Notes: generated by a model from the letters alone, not told the origin. A stretch of 64,000 bases of DNA from Methanothrix sp. (GCA_963682135.1 OY821645.1:2272001-2336000), one strand, 5' to 3'; numbered from the stretch's first letter, positions 17,241 through 27,360 are shown. Numbers and translations are program-made.

Positions 17241-17486
17241 CTAAACTTCGGCATTTGTTTCAATGGCAATCGTACGTGCCACTGAACCACAACTTTCAAC
17301 AGGCACTTCTTCGCCGCGGGCAATCATGCAAGCTACGAAGCCTTCAATGGCCTCCCTTGCCATCACCAGCGCCTCTTCAATCGTTCGCCCGAATGTCAGA
17401 CAACCTGGGAGAGATGGTACAATCACCGTGTAAGTTCCATCTTCCTCTTTTCGGAGCAGAACTTCGTAACGCAATGTCTCCATCAT
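17241..17486 (-). CDS. HicB-family antitoxin (short, no DNA-binding domain)
   Basis: EEDGTYTVIVPSLPGCLTFGRTIEEAL..AREAI. Confidence 0.9.
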   Translation of the reverse strand: MMETLRYEVLLRKEEDGTYTVIVPSLPGCLTFGRTIEEALVMAREAIEGFVACMIARGEEVPVESCGSVARTIAIETNAEV

Positions 17487-17598
17487 AGTAGTCTCCTATT
17501 TTATGTTGATGTTGCGGCTTTGCGGTCCTCCCGCGCATGAGCGCGTGCGAGGGCGGGAACGGGGGGGAGGATTTTTAGGAACCTGAGAATCTCCCGGT

Positions 17599-20094
17599 TT
17601 AGATAATCATGGAGCCCCCTCCGGCTCCGTCACGCATGAATCCAGTCTCCTTATCATAATAGTTGGGCAGCTCATCTCTTGAAATGTAGCCCATCTCAGA
17701 TTCATCCGCGACCAGGTTATGAGCGTATTTCTCTGGTGCGGAGATCACGTACTCGCTGAAATCTTTCCTTATAGCCAGTTTCTTTCTCATTTGTTCTTTT
17801 ATGTCCTTCTCCATTTTCAAATCTTGATATTTCTTCCAGATTTCTGCAGCGGTTATATCAATCTCCACAAATACATTTACCTTGGGATAGTCGTCTTCAA
17901 TGAGCTTGAACTTCTTGCTAAGATCTTGGAAAGACAACTGCGCCAGACAGGCCAGGTTTTCTTTTGACTTCTCGTCACCCATGCCACTCTTGACCGACTT
18001 GAAGTACTTGTTATTCAACTCCAAAATAGCTGATTCTCGAATTGAATCATTAATCGGTTTTAGGATGTCCAGGGTTTTGCTCATCAAGAACGGATCGTAG
18101 ATATATCTATAAAATTCTTTTCGATCATCTCTTAAAATAAAAATTGATACCGTGCCCTTTTCTGATTTAGCTGAGTTCCTGTTGCACCTGCCTGCCACCT
18201 GGTTTATGGAGTCCATTGGAGCGAAGTCTCGGTAGACTGTGTGCGCATCGATGTCTACGCCAGCCTCGATCAATTGAGTGCTCACAATGACCTTTCTTTT
18301 TCGTGAAGATTCATCGGCTTTTTTTCCCAAAGACCCCTTGATACTTCGTATCCGCTCCAGCCTCTCTTTTGGAATCACATTTGTAGATAGGTAAAAATTC
18401 TCCGTGTTCTCCAACTCCAGGCTCTTGATAAAATGGTAAACATTGTTGGCCGAGTTAATGGTGTTGAGAACAATCAAGAAATCTTTTTCGGGATTGTTGG
18501 TTAGATCTTCTTGTATGATAGAATTGAATTCCTCCAGGGTCAAAGCCGTCTCAATTCTGGGAATTAGTCTAATCCTATCCAGGTCCCTGAAATACTCTTC
18601 TTTATTCTGAGTTATCTCTTTTATCTCTCCCAATGCCTCATCAAAGATAAGCGGCTGCGTTGCCGTAACGAAGATGACATAGCTATTGAACTTCTCGCAA
18701 AGCATTTTCGTTGCGTCGTGAATCAATTGCCAGTACTGGTGAGGAACTGCCTGTACTTCGTCCAGAATAATTATGGCGTTTGCTAGCTTATTGAATTTGC
18801 GCAGTAACTTATTTCGGTTAGAAAAAAGGGTATAGAAGAACTGCCAGAATGTTGTTACTATTATCTCTGCGTTCCAGCCCTCCAGGAGCAGCAAGCTTTC
18901 GTCTGCCTTATAAAATTCTTCGTCCTTATCCTCAATTTTGTAGTTTACATCTGCCAGATGATGGTGCTTGAGAAGAAGCCTGGAATCCTTAAGTTTTCCC
19001 CCCTGGCTGACTACATCTTCAAAGACATCGTAATTTTGATCTATTATGCTCAGAAAGGGCAGAGCGTAGATTATCCTTGGCGTGAAATCTTTCTTATTCT
19101 TCAATCGGTCTCTCAGCTTTAGGGCAAAAGAAAGAGAAGTCAAAGTCTTGCCGGTGCCGGTTGGGACATTCAACGAGAGAATTCTGTTGTCCAGGTTCCA
19201 ATCCCTAACTCCTATCATTGTATCTTCGTAGATCTGATTCCTGAGATTATTAATATTATTTCTGTCCGAAGTGAACCCTTTCCGTTCTCTATACAGATCT
19301 ACCAGGTCTGCTGGAAGGTCTAAACGATCTGTATCTAGATCTTTGTCTCCTAGCCCCGCGTCGGTCTTGTCTGCATCCAAGAGGGCGGAGTAGAGAAACT
19401 GAGTTATGAAATATGGGTAAAGATCGGTCTTTTCACGAAGATACCTTATCATTCGCTCATCTTTTCTACTGATTTCCTTGCACGCATTTTGCAAAATATA
19501 GTTAGAAATATCATTAATATCGATTTTTAAATTTATCGTTCCTTCTCGAAAAAGCAATGCAAGAATTTGGTTTATCTCGCCTTTATCCATAGACTCAATT
19601 TGCTCTTTCGCTACTTGCAGAATTTTCTCCCTCTCCACATCCACTTCACTTATCTCGCCCATGGCGTTCATGAGGTTTCCGTGATGCTTCTTCACGGCCA
19701 GGAAAGATAATATTGGCAGAAAATTCGCTAATTCACCATTTCTTCCCGATTGGCTAAGGTATTCTTTGATTACCGCGTAAGTAAAGAAAGCAGAGAGCCG
19801 GCCATGATGGGTGCTTTCCTTGGCTTTGAGGGACTTCTTTTTTCGCTCATCTTTCTCAATAATGTATTCCTGGAAAAATCTCGTAGCTTTTCCCAGGTCG
19901 TGCGTTACACCTATGAGATAAGCAGCGTCTGCCAGGAGATCCTTATCATCTATGTTTAGAGATTTGTCTGTTACTGTTTTTCTGCTCAATTGCCCCACTT
20001 TTCTCAAGTGATCCACCAAAAGCCTGATTCGACCATCCTGCGAATCCGGGCGAGACTTGAGCTTAAAGGAATACGATTCGCTCTCGCTTTTCAT
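17599..20094 (-). CDS. cas3: CRISPR-associated helicase/nuclease Cas3 (HD + SF2 helicase)
   Basis: HDLGK HD motif, PTGTGKT, DEVQ, STQLIEAGVDID, QVAGRCNR. Confidence 0.97.
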   Translation of the reverse strand: MKSESESYSFKLKSRPDSQDGRIRLLVDHLRKVGQLSRKTVTDKSLNIDDKDLLADAAYLIGVTHDLGKATRFFQEYIIEKDERKKKSLKAKESTHHGRLSAFFTYAVIKEYLSQSGRNGELANFLPILSFLAVKKHHGNLMNAMGEISEVDVEREKILQVAKEQIESMDKGEINQILALLFREGTINLKIDINDISNYILQNACKEISRKDERMIRYLREKTDLYPYFITQFLYSALLDADKTDAGLGDKDLDTDRLDLPADLVDLYRERKGFTSDRNNINNLRNQIYEDTMIGVRDWNLDNRILSLNVPTGTGKTLTSLSFALKLRDRLKNKKDFTPRIIYALPFLSIIDQNYDVFEDVVSQGGKLKDSRLLLKHHHLADVNYKIEDKDEEFYKADESLLLLEGWNAEIIVTTFWQFFYTLFSNRNKLLRKFNKLANAIIILDEVQAVPHQYWQLIHDATKMLCEKFNSYVIFVTATQPLIFDEALGEIKEITQNKEEYFRDLDRIRLIPRIETALTLEEFNSIIQEDLTNNPEKDFLIVLNTINSANNVYHFIKSLELENTENFYLSTNVIPKERLERIRSIKGSLGKKADESSRKRKVIVSTQLIEAGVDIDAHTVYRDFAPMDSINQVAGRCNRNSAKSEKGTVSIFILRDDRKEFYRYIYDPFLMSKTLDILKPINDSIRESAILELNNKYFKSVKSGMGDEKSKENLACLAQLSFQDLSKKFKLIEDDYPKVNVFVEIDITAAEIWKKYQDLKMEKDIKEQMRKKLAIRKDFSEYVISAPEKYAHNLVADESEMGYISRDELPNYYDKETGFMRDGAGGGSMII

Positions 20095-20773
20095 TCTCTA
20101 CCTCCCAAAGTTCCTTTGCCTTGGCTTTGATGCACTCTCCGTTCCTTTCAAACAGAATCTCGCTGTAGTCAGTTACTTCTCTTGCTTCTCCCATCTCGCC
20201 TGGCATCACTTCTGAGAAGTATTCCTTTCCTTCCTCGAAATCCGGCTCAAGAAGGCATTTACCAGGCACCACGCTATCGATATCCTGGACATCTTCGCCT
20301 GAATTATGTAGCCCAAACTCACCAATGAATTTAAAGTTGCAGATGAGCTCGCTTAGTCCAAGACACGGAGTATACACCGACTGGTGACTGATGAGCAAGT
20401 CTTTAAGCTTTTTATACAATTGCTCATCGGAGTGAGAGAAATAAATTCTATAATTCGGATCTTTGACGAACTCGAATCTGATCTGGGTTCTGTTTTTGAT
20501 CAGATGCATCTTAAATGCGCTCTTGGTATCAATCAGGTTCTCTCCAATCCTCACTTTTTTCACGGGCGCCATAATTTTGCAGCCTATTTGTGCATCAACC
20601 TTAAAGAAGTGCCTGAAATACTCCGCTTTATCCAGACCGACAATGGCCCCGATCAGCCCAGAGAGAGCCGTTCGGGGTGGGAAAGAATAGGTGAGTGGAG
20701 AGCTGGTAGAGTAATTCTTCCTAAAATGGGCGTAGTCCCCCCACACATCGAATACTATTACTCTCTCCGGCAT
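20063..20773 (-). CDS. cas5: type I-B Cas5
   Basis: FDVWGDYAHFRK..SSPLTYSFPPRTALSGLIGAIVG. Confidence 0.95.
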   Translation of the reverse strand: MPERVIVFDVWGDYAHFRKNYSTSSPLTYSFPPRTALSGLIGAIVGLDKAEYFRHFFKVDAQIGCKIMAPVKKVRIGENLIDTKSAFKMHLIKNRTQIRFEFVKDPNYRIYFSHSDEQLYKKLKDLLISHQSVYTPCLGLSELICNFKFIGEFGLHNSGEDVQDIDSVVPGKCLLEPDFEEGKEYFSEVMPGEMGEAREVTDYSEILFERNGECIKAKAKELWEVENEKRERIVFL

Positions 20774-20780
20774 CTGGACC

Positions 20781-21809
20781 TCAAAACGCTATTGGCTTTA
20801 TGGCTATGCCGGTAGCTGCTGCCAATCCTTCAATTGGGAAACCGGCCCCTTCTTTGCAGAACTTAATTCTGTCGTCCACGCAAATCTCAATATCCTTGAT
20901 TGAGCCCTTCTCAGCAGCAAGTTTATTGACCAGCTCCGATATCTCCAGCTGGTAATCTATGGTGTCACGAATATTCTCATGAGGCATCTCGGTTACCAGT
21001 TTCAGCATCTTATCCAGATCCCCGATGTGATAACTCTCTTTGCTGTAATTCACCTTAAGGAGCAACCTGGGAACCTGTCCTGCTTTAGATCTGGAAATCA
21101 GGCTCTTGGTTCCATTCCAGATGCCATCCAGCAAAAGTTTTACATCATCTTCTGAGAGACCGGTGTGCTTAGCAGCGTTCTCATTTATTATACCATAGAA
21201 TGATATTAGTGAATATGGCAGAAAATCTTCTTCTCTGAACGTTGCTCTTGTAGATTTATCATCAGATGCAAAAGCTCCTTTACCCCTAAAATGCTTCATC
21301 GAGACACGATGAAGAGATCGACCGATCTTGAACTGTACTGGTCCCGTAAAGGTCAAAGATCCTTTTTCATCTTTTTCTTTATTGGTATCTTTATCGTTTT
21401 CAGTTTTTTTTCCGGGCTTTACTTTAATCTCCAAAGGTATTGTAGCACCAAATAATCTAACATCCAAGCAATTAGCTAAAATTCTATCAGATATAATTTT
21501 TCTTTGTTGTTCAAATGATAATTCTTTGATATCTACAGTTTCATCTTTTAAGAAGTCCATTGCTCTTTTCTTTGCTGTTTGCATATTGCCGCTATCATCC
21601 TTTATTTCTCGAATAAAGATCTCTTTGCCCTTAAAGTCATACAGAAAATCTCGAATAGTTCTCTTTAATCGGACATCTGTTACAATATTTACACCAGTTT
21701 CCTCGTCCATCCTAGGCTTGTTTTCATCCAGAGGATCCCCATTTGGATTTCCATCTCTTATGTCGTAGATGAAAATAATCTCTGACCTGTTCTTTATAGT
21801 TTCGCTCAT
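20781..21809 (-). CDS. cas7: type I-B Cas7/Csh2
   Basis: NPNGDPLDENKPRMD..VTDVRLKRTIRD; DVRLFGA; TGPVQF. Confidence 0.95.
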   Translation of the reverse strand: MSETIKNRSEIIFIYDIRDGNPNGDPLDENKPRMDEETGVNIVTDVRLKRTIRDFLYDFKGKEIFIREIKDDSGNMQTAKKRAMDFLKDETVDIKELSFEQQRKIISDRILANCLDVRLFGATIPLEIKVKPGKKTENDKDTNKEKDEKGSLTFTGPVQFKIGRSLHRVSMKHFRGKGAFASDDKSTRATFREEDFLPYSLISFYGIINENAAKHTGLSEDDVKLLLDGIWNGTKSLISRSKAGQVPRLLLKVNYSKESYHIGDLDKMLKLVTEMPHENIRDTIDYQLEISELVNKLAAEKGSIKDIEICVDDRIKFCKEGAGFPIEGLAAATGIAIKPIAF

Positions 21810-23706
21810 TCTTGTGTCTCCCCTTCAATCTCTGGCTCATCTTCTGTTGAATTCTTGAACAACTTATGCAAATCCATTCCCAAAACAAAATAGAAGCTTA
21901 GCTCGTCATCTCCTTCTTTCCAATTTATTCCAGACGAGACAAAGTGATTTGCAATGATCTCTTCCAGTTGCCGATAATAATTCTTGTCGTACTCTTCCAG
22001 CTTAATTTGAATTTTTGGAAGGAGTCTCTTGATCAGTGCTTCATTCATCTTCAAGCCATGTAATTTATTGCGAAATGGAGTTGCATTTTTGTCCCTCCAC
22101 TGTATGTTAAGGAGCTTCTGAGTCAATACCCCTTCCAAAAAGGTCGCCTTCTTAGAATCGCTATTGAAGAACGCCTTATTTGCTTCGAAGAACCTCTCAA
22201 TACGTAGCTCTAATGGGAGGCTTTCCAGCTCTTCGATGCGAAGAACCTCACGTTCCTGTTCATTCATGTCTTTCATCTCCGCGTTCTTTGCTTTGAAAAG
22301 AATTAGCTTCTCTATGTAGTGCAAGAGCAAGAAGCCATTCAATGAAGTTATCTTAGTAGAATAACCCTTTATGAACGCCTCTCTTACCTTACTCATTATA
22401 AAATCTATCAACAAATAATAGCTGATTTGATCTCCAACAAATATCTTGTCAACCATTTCCAAGAATATTTTATCGAAAGTTCTATTTTTAGATTCGGATG
22501 GGAAGAATCGTCTCAAAACTCCAAAATTAAAAACTAATTGGTGGTTTTCCCTCTGACCTTCGCCTAATATTAAATCATTATAAATTTTGAATATCTCATC
22601 CACTTTTTCTTTGGCTTTGAAAAGTGCTCTTAGTCTTGATGGAAAAATTCCCTCAATTAAAAGGAGGATTCTATATGATGATTGCTCCTTCTTATAAAAT
22701 ATCAAGCTGTTGCTAAAGAAATCTTTTTCATCTTTGACAGCATCACAGCATCAATGATCTTATACTCGTCAGAAGTTATCATGTTCTTATCATCACGATT
22801 TAGTTTTAGCTCCCGTTTTTGTTCCTTCTTACCCAGGATGCTCAATACCTCTTTAAGGAGCTTTTTATCATCTCCTTTAAACGTTATTTTTGGCACGAGG
22901 AGATATCTGAAGCCGTAGAAGCTAAAGTCAAGGTTTTCTTCGATGTACTTCTTTCCAACTTCCAGACGCGTGGCACAATCGAAACATACTGGTGTATTCT
23001 TCCAGGATTCATTGACATCAAATCCACCTGCAATAAATCCAGGCTTATCAAAGGTGTGGAAAGTCCAGGGAATAGCGAAGCCATATACTTCATCTTTGAC
23101 CCCTTTGCAGACTGAGCAGGCAGCATTTTTTCCCCGCGATTCTCCATGAGTCTTCTTAAGAAAATACTTGTCCTTACCCATTCGAAGCAAGATCTTTTCA
23201 AAAATCGGACATTTGCTAAGATAAGAATAGTCTTCGCCATTTTCAAAACCCAGAGTGATAATGGCGTTATCTTTCGAGTCTTTTTCGGAGTATTCCTCTT
23301 GTAGTCCTGCCAAAATTTTATCTCTCTGATCATTGATTGCGATTTTCATCTTTTTGAGGATCTCCTTTTCTTCCTCAGAAATATCATAGCTATCATAATT
23401 CTCGAACCATTTTAGGAATCTATTCTGGAAGGTCTTTTCTAAATTGCCCGCCAATTTGCTCGTGGGTGTCGCGTCAGTGCCATTTGGAGCACCTTTTTTA
23501 TATAAATATAAATTAAAATCTGTCTTAAACTCGTCTCGTATAACACGGCTAAAAGAATACTCCCCGTCCTTTTCGCATAATAATACTAATAATACCCATT
23601 TATATTTTCCATTGCTATTGGGATTCTCGATATATGTGGAAAGCGAATCTACTCCCACACTATTCTTTTGGATGTAGTCCCCGATTTTGCTTACCGCTTC
23701 AATCAC
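21806..23706 (-). pseudogene. cas8b: type I-B Cas8b/Csh1, frameshifted into two ORFs (22702-23706 and 21806-22705)
   Basis: Position upstream of cas7; CSVC..FHTFDKPGF..PVCFDC and C-terminal FLEGVL..YFVLG; tandem ACAGCATC x2 at 22737-22752 shifts the frame. Confidence 0.88.
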
Positions 23707-23722
23707 CCGAAATCACCATCAA

Positions 23723-24388
23723 TCAAACGCAAATATTCCTGTACGTGCAGTCCACGCACCTGGCCTTCTGCTTTGTCCCATCGGGAAAGTATCCCTTCTG
23801 AATTATCATTAGTATCTCGCGCACAATCTCCTTTGCTTTCTCATAATCTTTTTTCTTGAAGTCTATCTCGGCGACATAATTATTGCTTCTTGTGTAGCAC
23901 ACAAAGCCCCTCTTCACTTCAACCCCGAAGTGTTCCATGATGAGCAGCCCGTAAAGAGCCGCCTGAAATTTGTGCGTCCTGTAAATTGTATTTTTAAACA
24001 TGGCATACTTGTAATCCAAAGGCGCAGCGGTCCCATCATCCAGAAAGAGAACTTCGTCTACCTCTCCCTTGAAGTGATGCTTGTGAGAAGTCAGGTAAAC
24101 CGAAATCTCCTTTCCCGTGCAATTCAACTTCTTTCGGACATAATCCCGGTTTACCTTCTCTCGGATCTCGTGAAGCTCCCTGCCCTTCAAGACCTTGTAG
24201 CGGCGCTCCTCTCTCTGAGCGATGCCCAGGCAGTGCATGAAAAATATGAACCTCGGGCAGAACAGCCACTCCAGCGCATCAGATACCGTGACGAAAATCT
24301 CCTGCGCGGGTGCGCTCCCACTCGCGCCCTCCTGCACCCGCCCGCGCGTGGCCGCGGTCGTGGTCTCTTCCTCTGCCCCCGTCTTCAT
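23723..24388 (-). CDS. cas4: CRISPR-associated exonuclease Cas4
   Basis: FCPR, GEVDEV..PLDYK, QAALY, C-terminal CVDCTYRNIC. Confidence 0.95.
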   Translation of the reverse strand: MKTGAEEETTTAATRGRVQEGASGSAPAQEIFVTVSDALEWLFCPRFIFFMHCLGIAQREERRYKVLKGRELHEIREKVNRDYVRKKLNCTGKEISVYLTSHKHHFKGEVDEVLFLDDGTAAPLDYKYAMFKNTIYRTHKFQAALYGLLIMEHFGVEVKRGFVCYTRSNNYVAEIDFKKKDYEKAKEIVREILMIIQKGYFPDGTKQKARCVDCTYRNICV

Positions 24389-24395
24389 TTCGCCC

Positions 24396-24594
24396 TCAGA
24401 ACACCTTGGTAATCGTCATTCCCGCCACCAGCTCCCGGTCAAATCCTGCCCCGATTAGCTTGATCTTTTCAAAGCAGTCCTCGCACATGGGAAAGACGTA
24501 GACGGAATCCGATTCATCGATGACCGCCTCGCACTCCAGGGCCAGAGAGTCGGACTGATTACGGTTCAAATCGCCCAGAAAGGCGCTCTTCTGC
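24396..24594 (-). pseudogene. cas2: duplicated 3' part of cas2
   Basis: QKSAFLGDLNRNQ...MTITKVF nearly identical to the C-terminal part of 25383-25670; N terminus missing. Confidence 0.85.
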
Positions 24595-24669
24595 CGCCCG
24601 GAACAGGCCGTAGTTTTTGCATAAGCAAAATTATGCGGCGAGATGATACGGGTTTTCAACCGATAGCAT

Positions 24670-24828
24670 CTAAATAAGCGGCTTAAAAGGGACAGACTTG
24701 TTCTCTTCGTCCGGGCAATCTTCATTTAGCCACTCTAAGTCGCCATCGCTCAATTGGTCTATGACGGCATCTAGGTAAGCCCCTTTATCCGTGACGACAT
24801 GCCTTTCCTGCATAATTTCAACTGCCAT
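24670..24828 (-). CDS. small acidic protein (52 aa), possible antitoxin
   Basis: ATG preceded by AGGGG; MAVEIMQERHVVTDKGAYLDAVIDQLSDGDLEWLNEDCPDEENKSVPFKPLI*; below the ORF-track length cut-off. Confidence 0.5.
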   Translation of the reverse strand: MAVEIMQERHVVTDKGAYLDAVIDQLSDGDLEWLNEDCPDEENKSVPFKPLI

Positions 24829-24900
24829 TTAAACCCCTGGTCATGCATCTGCTTTCGATCTATATAATTCTTTAGACAAATGGATTTTTGTAGAATATAA

Positions 24901-25197
24901 TCAAATTCTATAGTCTGTATTTCTCCTCTTAGTTATTATTATATCTACCACATCAACAATGTGCGCGAGGTCATCTACCGTATACTCTATTCTTGTTTGT
25001 GCTCCTATTCGGATGCGATATTTGCGCGGATTAGATCCCGCTATCGGTGAGATATCCATCATTGGGCGAGGTGTATATGGGTCTATGCTTAATTCATTTA
25101 TGCGATCCGATATAATAACTGCCGCCTCATGGTTCAGTCGATTGAATTTATTCAAAACCTTATTCGCTCTCGTTTTTATTGTAATCTCATATGGCAA
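24901..25197 (-). CDS. RelE/ParE-family toxin
   Basis: YEITIKTRANKVL..INELSIDPY..KYRIRIG..RIEYTVD..RRNTDY; AGGAG RBS. Confidence 0.85.
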   Translation of the reverse strand: MPYEITIKTRANKVLNKFNRLNHEAAVIISDRINELSIDPYTPRPMMDISPIAGSNPRKYRIRIGAQTRIEYTVDDLAHIVDVVDIIITKRRNTDYRI

Positions 25198-25382
25198 CCT
25201 TTCTTCTCCTTAAATTTCTACGGTTAGATGCGAGATCAGACGACCACAGCAAACCATACAGCTTGTTGATAGATCCCCGGCGACATATAGTTATGCCGTA
25301 GAACGAAAGTAATCTGGGAGGGGCACGATTCATCCCGCCTTTGAAATGGCAGGAATTCTCTGTCCCCGTCTTCATTTCGCCC

Positions 25383-25670
25383 TCAGAACACCTTGGTAAT
25401 CGTCATTCCCGCCACCAGCTCCCGGTCAAAGCCCGCCCCGATTAGCTTGATCTTTTCATTGCAGTCCTCGCACATCGGAAAGACGTAGACGGAATCCGAC
25501 TCCTCAATGACCGCCTCGCACTCCAGGGCCAGAGAGTCGGACTGATTACGGTTCAAATCCCCCAGGAAGGCGCTCTTCTGCACCCGGAACAGGCCGTAGT
25601 TCTTGCACAGCTTCGCCACCCGGCTTCTGATTCTGTTCTCGGATATGTCGTAAATGACCCAGACCAGCAT
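25383..25670 (-). CDS. cas2: CRISPR-associated endonuclease Cas2
   Basis: LVWVIYDISENRIR..CKNYGLFRVQKSAF. Confidence 0.96.
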   Translation of the reverse strand: MLVWVIYDISENRIRSRVAKLCKNYGLFRVQKSAFLGDLNRNQSDSLALECEAVIEESDSVYVFPMCEDCNEKIKLIGAGFDRELVAGMTITKVF

Positions 25671-25672
25671 TA

Positions 25673-26782
25673 TCAACCTCGATTACTATCATTCTGATCC
25701 GCATTGGGCTCTCTTGCCGGTGTTTCGCATGATGTGCTTTCTCGTTCTCCTCCGCCATCTTCCCCATCCAGCTCCAGGATATTTTGATCATAATCCTCCG
25801 CCAGCTCCTGGCCTGGTCGGATGAGCGAATTGGCAATCCTGTGGCACTCCATCTGAATGGTGTTACGGGTCTTGATATTGCGGCCCCGGTAGAGAATCGT
25901 CTCCTCGAAATTCTTGTTGAGAGCCTCGATGAGGGCAGCTTTGCCGTCCTTGGAGAGGCCCATGCCCTGCTCCAGCGGCTCGAAGAACTCGTCTTTGATC
26001 ATGCGCCTGCTGAAGAGATAGACCACAGTCTCATCCACGTAAATGCGAAACATCTCAATGATATCAAAGACCAGTGACATCTTGTTGTAAGAGTCGGTGT
26101 GCAAAAAACCCACGTAGGGATCCAAGCCGGCGATGATGCAGCCCTTTTCCACCATCGAATAGAGAACGCCATATCCGTAGTTGAGCAGAGCATTGAACTC
26201 GTCTTTAGCCGGATTTCTGCTCCTTCCGGCAAAGCGATACTTCTCGGGCATGATGGCGGAGATGGCATTGAAGTAGGCCCGCGCCGCTTTGCCCTCCAAT
26301 CCGAGCATATCCTGCCGCCGGGCGTCGATGCTGCCCCGCAGCCTCTTCATCTGCTCTTTGGACTGCTCAATCTCCTCGATGAACCCATCCAGCTCCACTC
26401 TCTTCTCCTCTCTGGTCTTCCTCAATTTGACCAGAAGCAGAGTCTGGTTGTCCAATTTCTTCAGGCCCCACTCTTTAGCCAAATTCAGGCCGTCCGTTGT
26501 GTCGTAAATCTCCAGTTGCCTTCTGCGAATCAATGTGGTGCTGCCCAGCTTGGGATGCCATACCCTGCCGTAGGGGTCCCCGTGGGAATCAAGAAAAACG
26601 ATATCAATGTTGTTGTCCACAGCCAGCTTGATGGCATCGGTAGTGATATATGCAGACGTTGTAATTAAAATGCTACTGACTTTGCCCACCGCTACTTCAA
26701 AACTCCTATCCTCTCTCTTTACTAGAAAACAGTTCCCGCTCTTGCGAAGATATGCACCATAGCTGTTGATTACAAGCTGCAC
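25673..26782 (-). CDS. cas1: CRISPR-associated integrase Cas1
   Basis: LEGKAARAYF, NALLNYGYGVLY, GLDPYVGFLH, LVFDIIEMFR. Confidence 0.97.
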   Translation of the reverse strand: MQLVINSYGAYLRKSGNCFLVKREDRSFEVAVGKVSSILITTSAYITTDAIKLAVDNNIDIVFLDSHGDPYGRVWHPKLGSTTLIRRRQLEIYDTTDGLNLAKEWGLKKLDNQTLLLVKLRKTREEKRVELDGFIEEIEQSKEQMKRLRGSIDARRQDMLGLEGKAARAYFNAISAIMPEKYRFAGRSRNPAKDEFNALLNYGYGVLYSMVEKGCIIAGLDPYVGFLHTDSYNKMSLVFDIIEMFRIYVDETVVYLFSRRMIKDEFFEPLEQGMGLSKDGKAALIEALNKNFEETILYRGRNIKTRNTIQMECHRIANSLIRPGQELAEDYDQNILELDGEDGGGERESTSCETPAREPNADQNDSNRG

Positions 26783-26862
26783 GCCGTTACCCCTGGCCTT
26801 CTTACCTTCAGCAATCCATTGGCCAGTAGGCTCTGCAACTCTTCAGGTTTAATATCTTTGTA

Positions 26863-27057
26863 TCAGCGCCGCAACCGCCCCTCCAGCGGCCCCAGGGAGA
26901 TGGAGCTGATGGGCGAGTCGTGCGTGTGTTTGGCCATGGCAGAGTCTTCCTCCCCCATGATGTGAAGCAGCGCCGAGTAGAGCTGGTAGCCCTCACTGTA
27001 AGGCATCTCAAAGGCGGCCTCGGGCCGAAGGGCCAGTGTGATCTTTTGCGGCATCAC
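26863..27057 (-). pseudogene. truncated N terminus of a second Cas6
   Basis: ITLALRP..FEMPYSEGYQLYSALL...HD RAMP-like start, ends after 64 aa. Confidence 0.55.
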
Positions 27058-27213
27058 TTCGGCATTACATTCCCTTCCATTTAAACCTGTCGATTATTGC
27101 AATAGTTTCATAATATTGCAACTAAAAGCTTTTGCACTCCAGCGCCTGCAAGGATAATCTTATGATCCAAAATCCAGGTTAATCGTAGTCTCCGTTCGTT
27201 CGTCCTTTGTGCG

Positions 27214-27360
27214 CTCTGTGCCTCTGTGGTGATAGTTCGTAAACCCCTGGTTAAAATTCGCACCCAAGAATATAAACCTGAAAGCAAGCAAGATCCTACC
27301 AGCTACTATTATCAATTCCGCCCAGTGCCTGGAGCCACTTCCGAGGGTACAGTCTCACCG
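27214..27360 (+). repeat. direct repeat, left of the VapBC module
   Basis: CTCTGTGCCTCT.TGGTGA.AGTTCGTAAACCCCTGGTTAAAATTCGC...AGAATATAAACCTGAAAGCAAG, recurs at 28149-28266. Confidence 0.85.

Noticed and set aside
24396-24725. 109-aa ORF as a second functional Cas2
   Set aside because: N-terminal half is unrelated cassette sequence lacking the YD catalytic motif
25187-25375. 62-aa ORF as the relE antitoxin
   Set aside because: Starts with duplicated cas4 codons, runs through the hairpin and is basic; looks like a chance fusion
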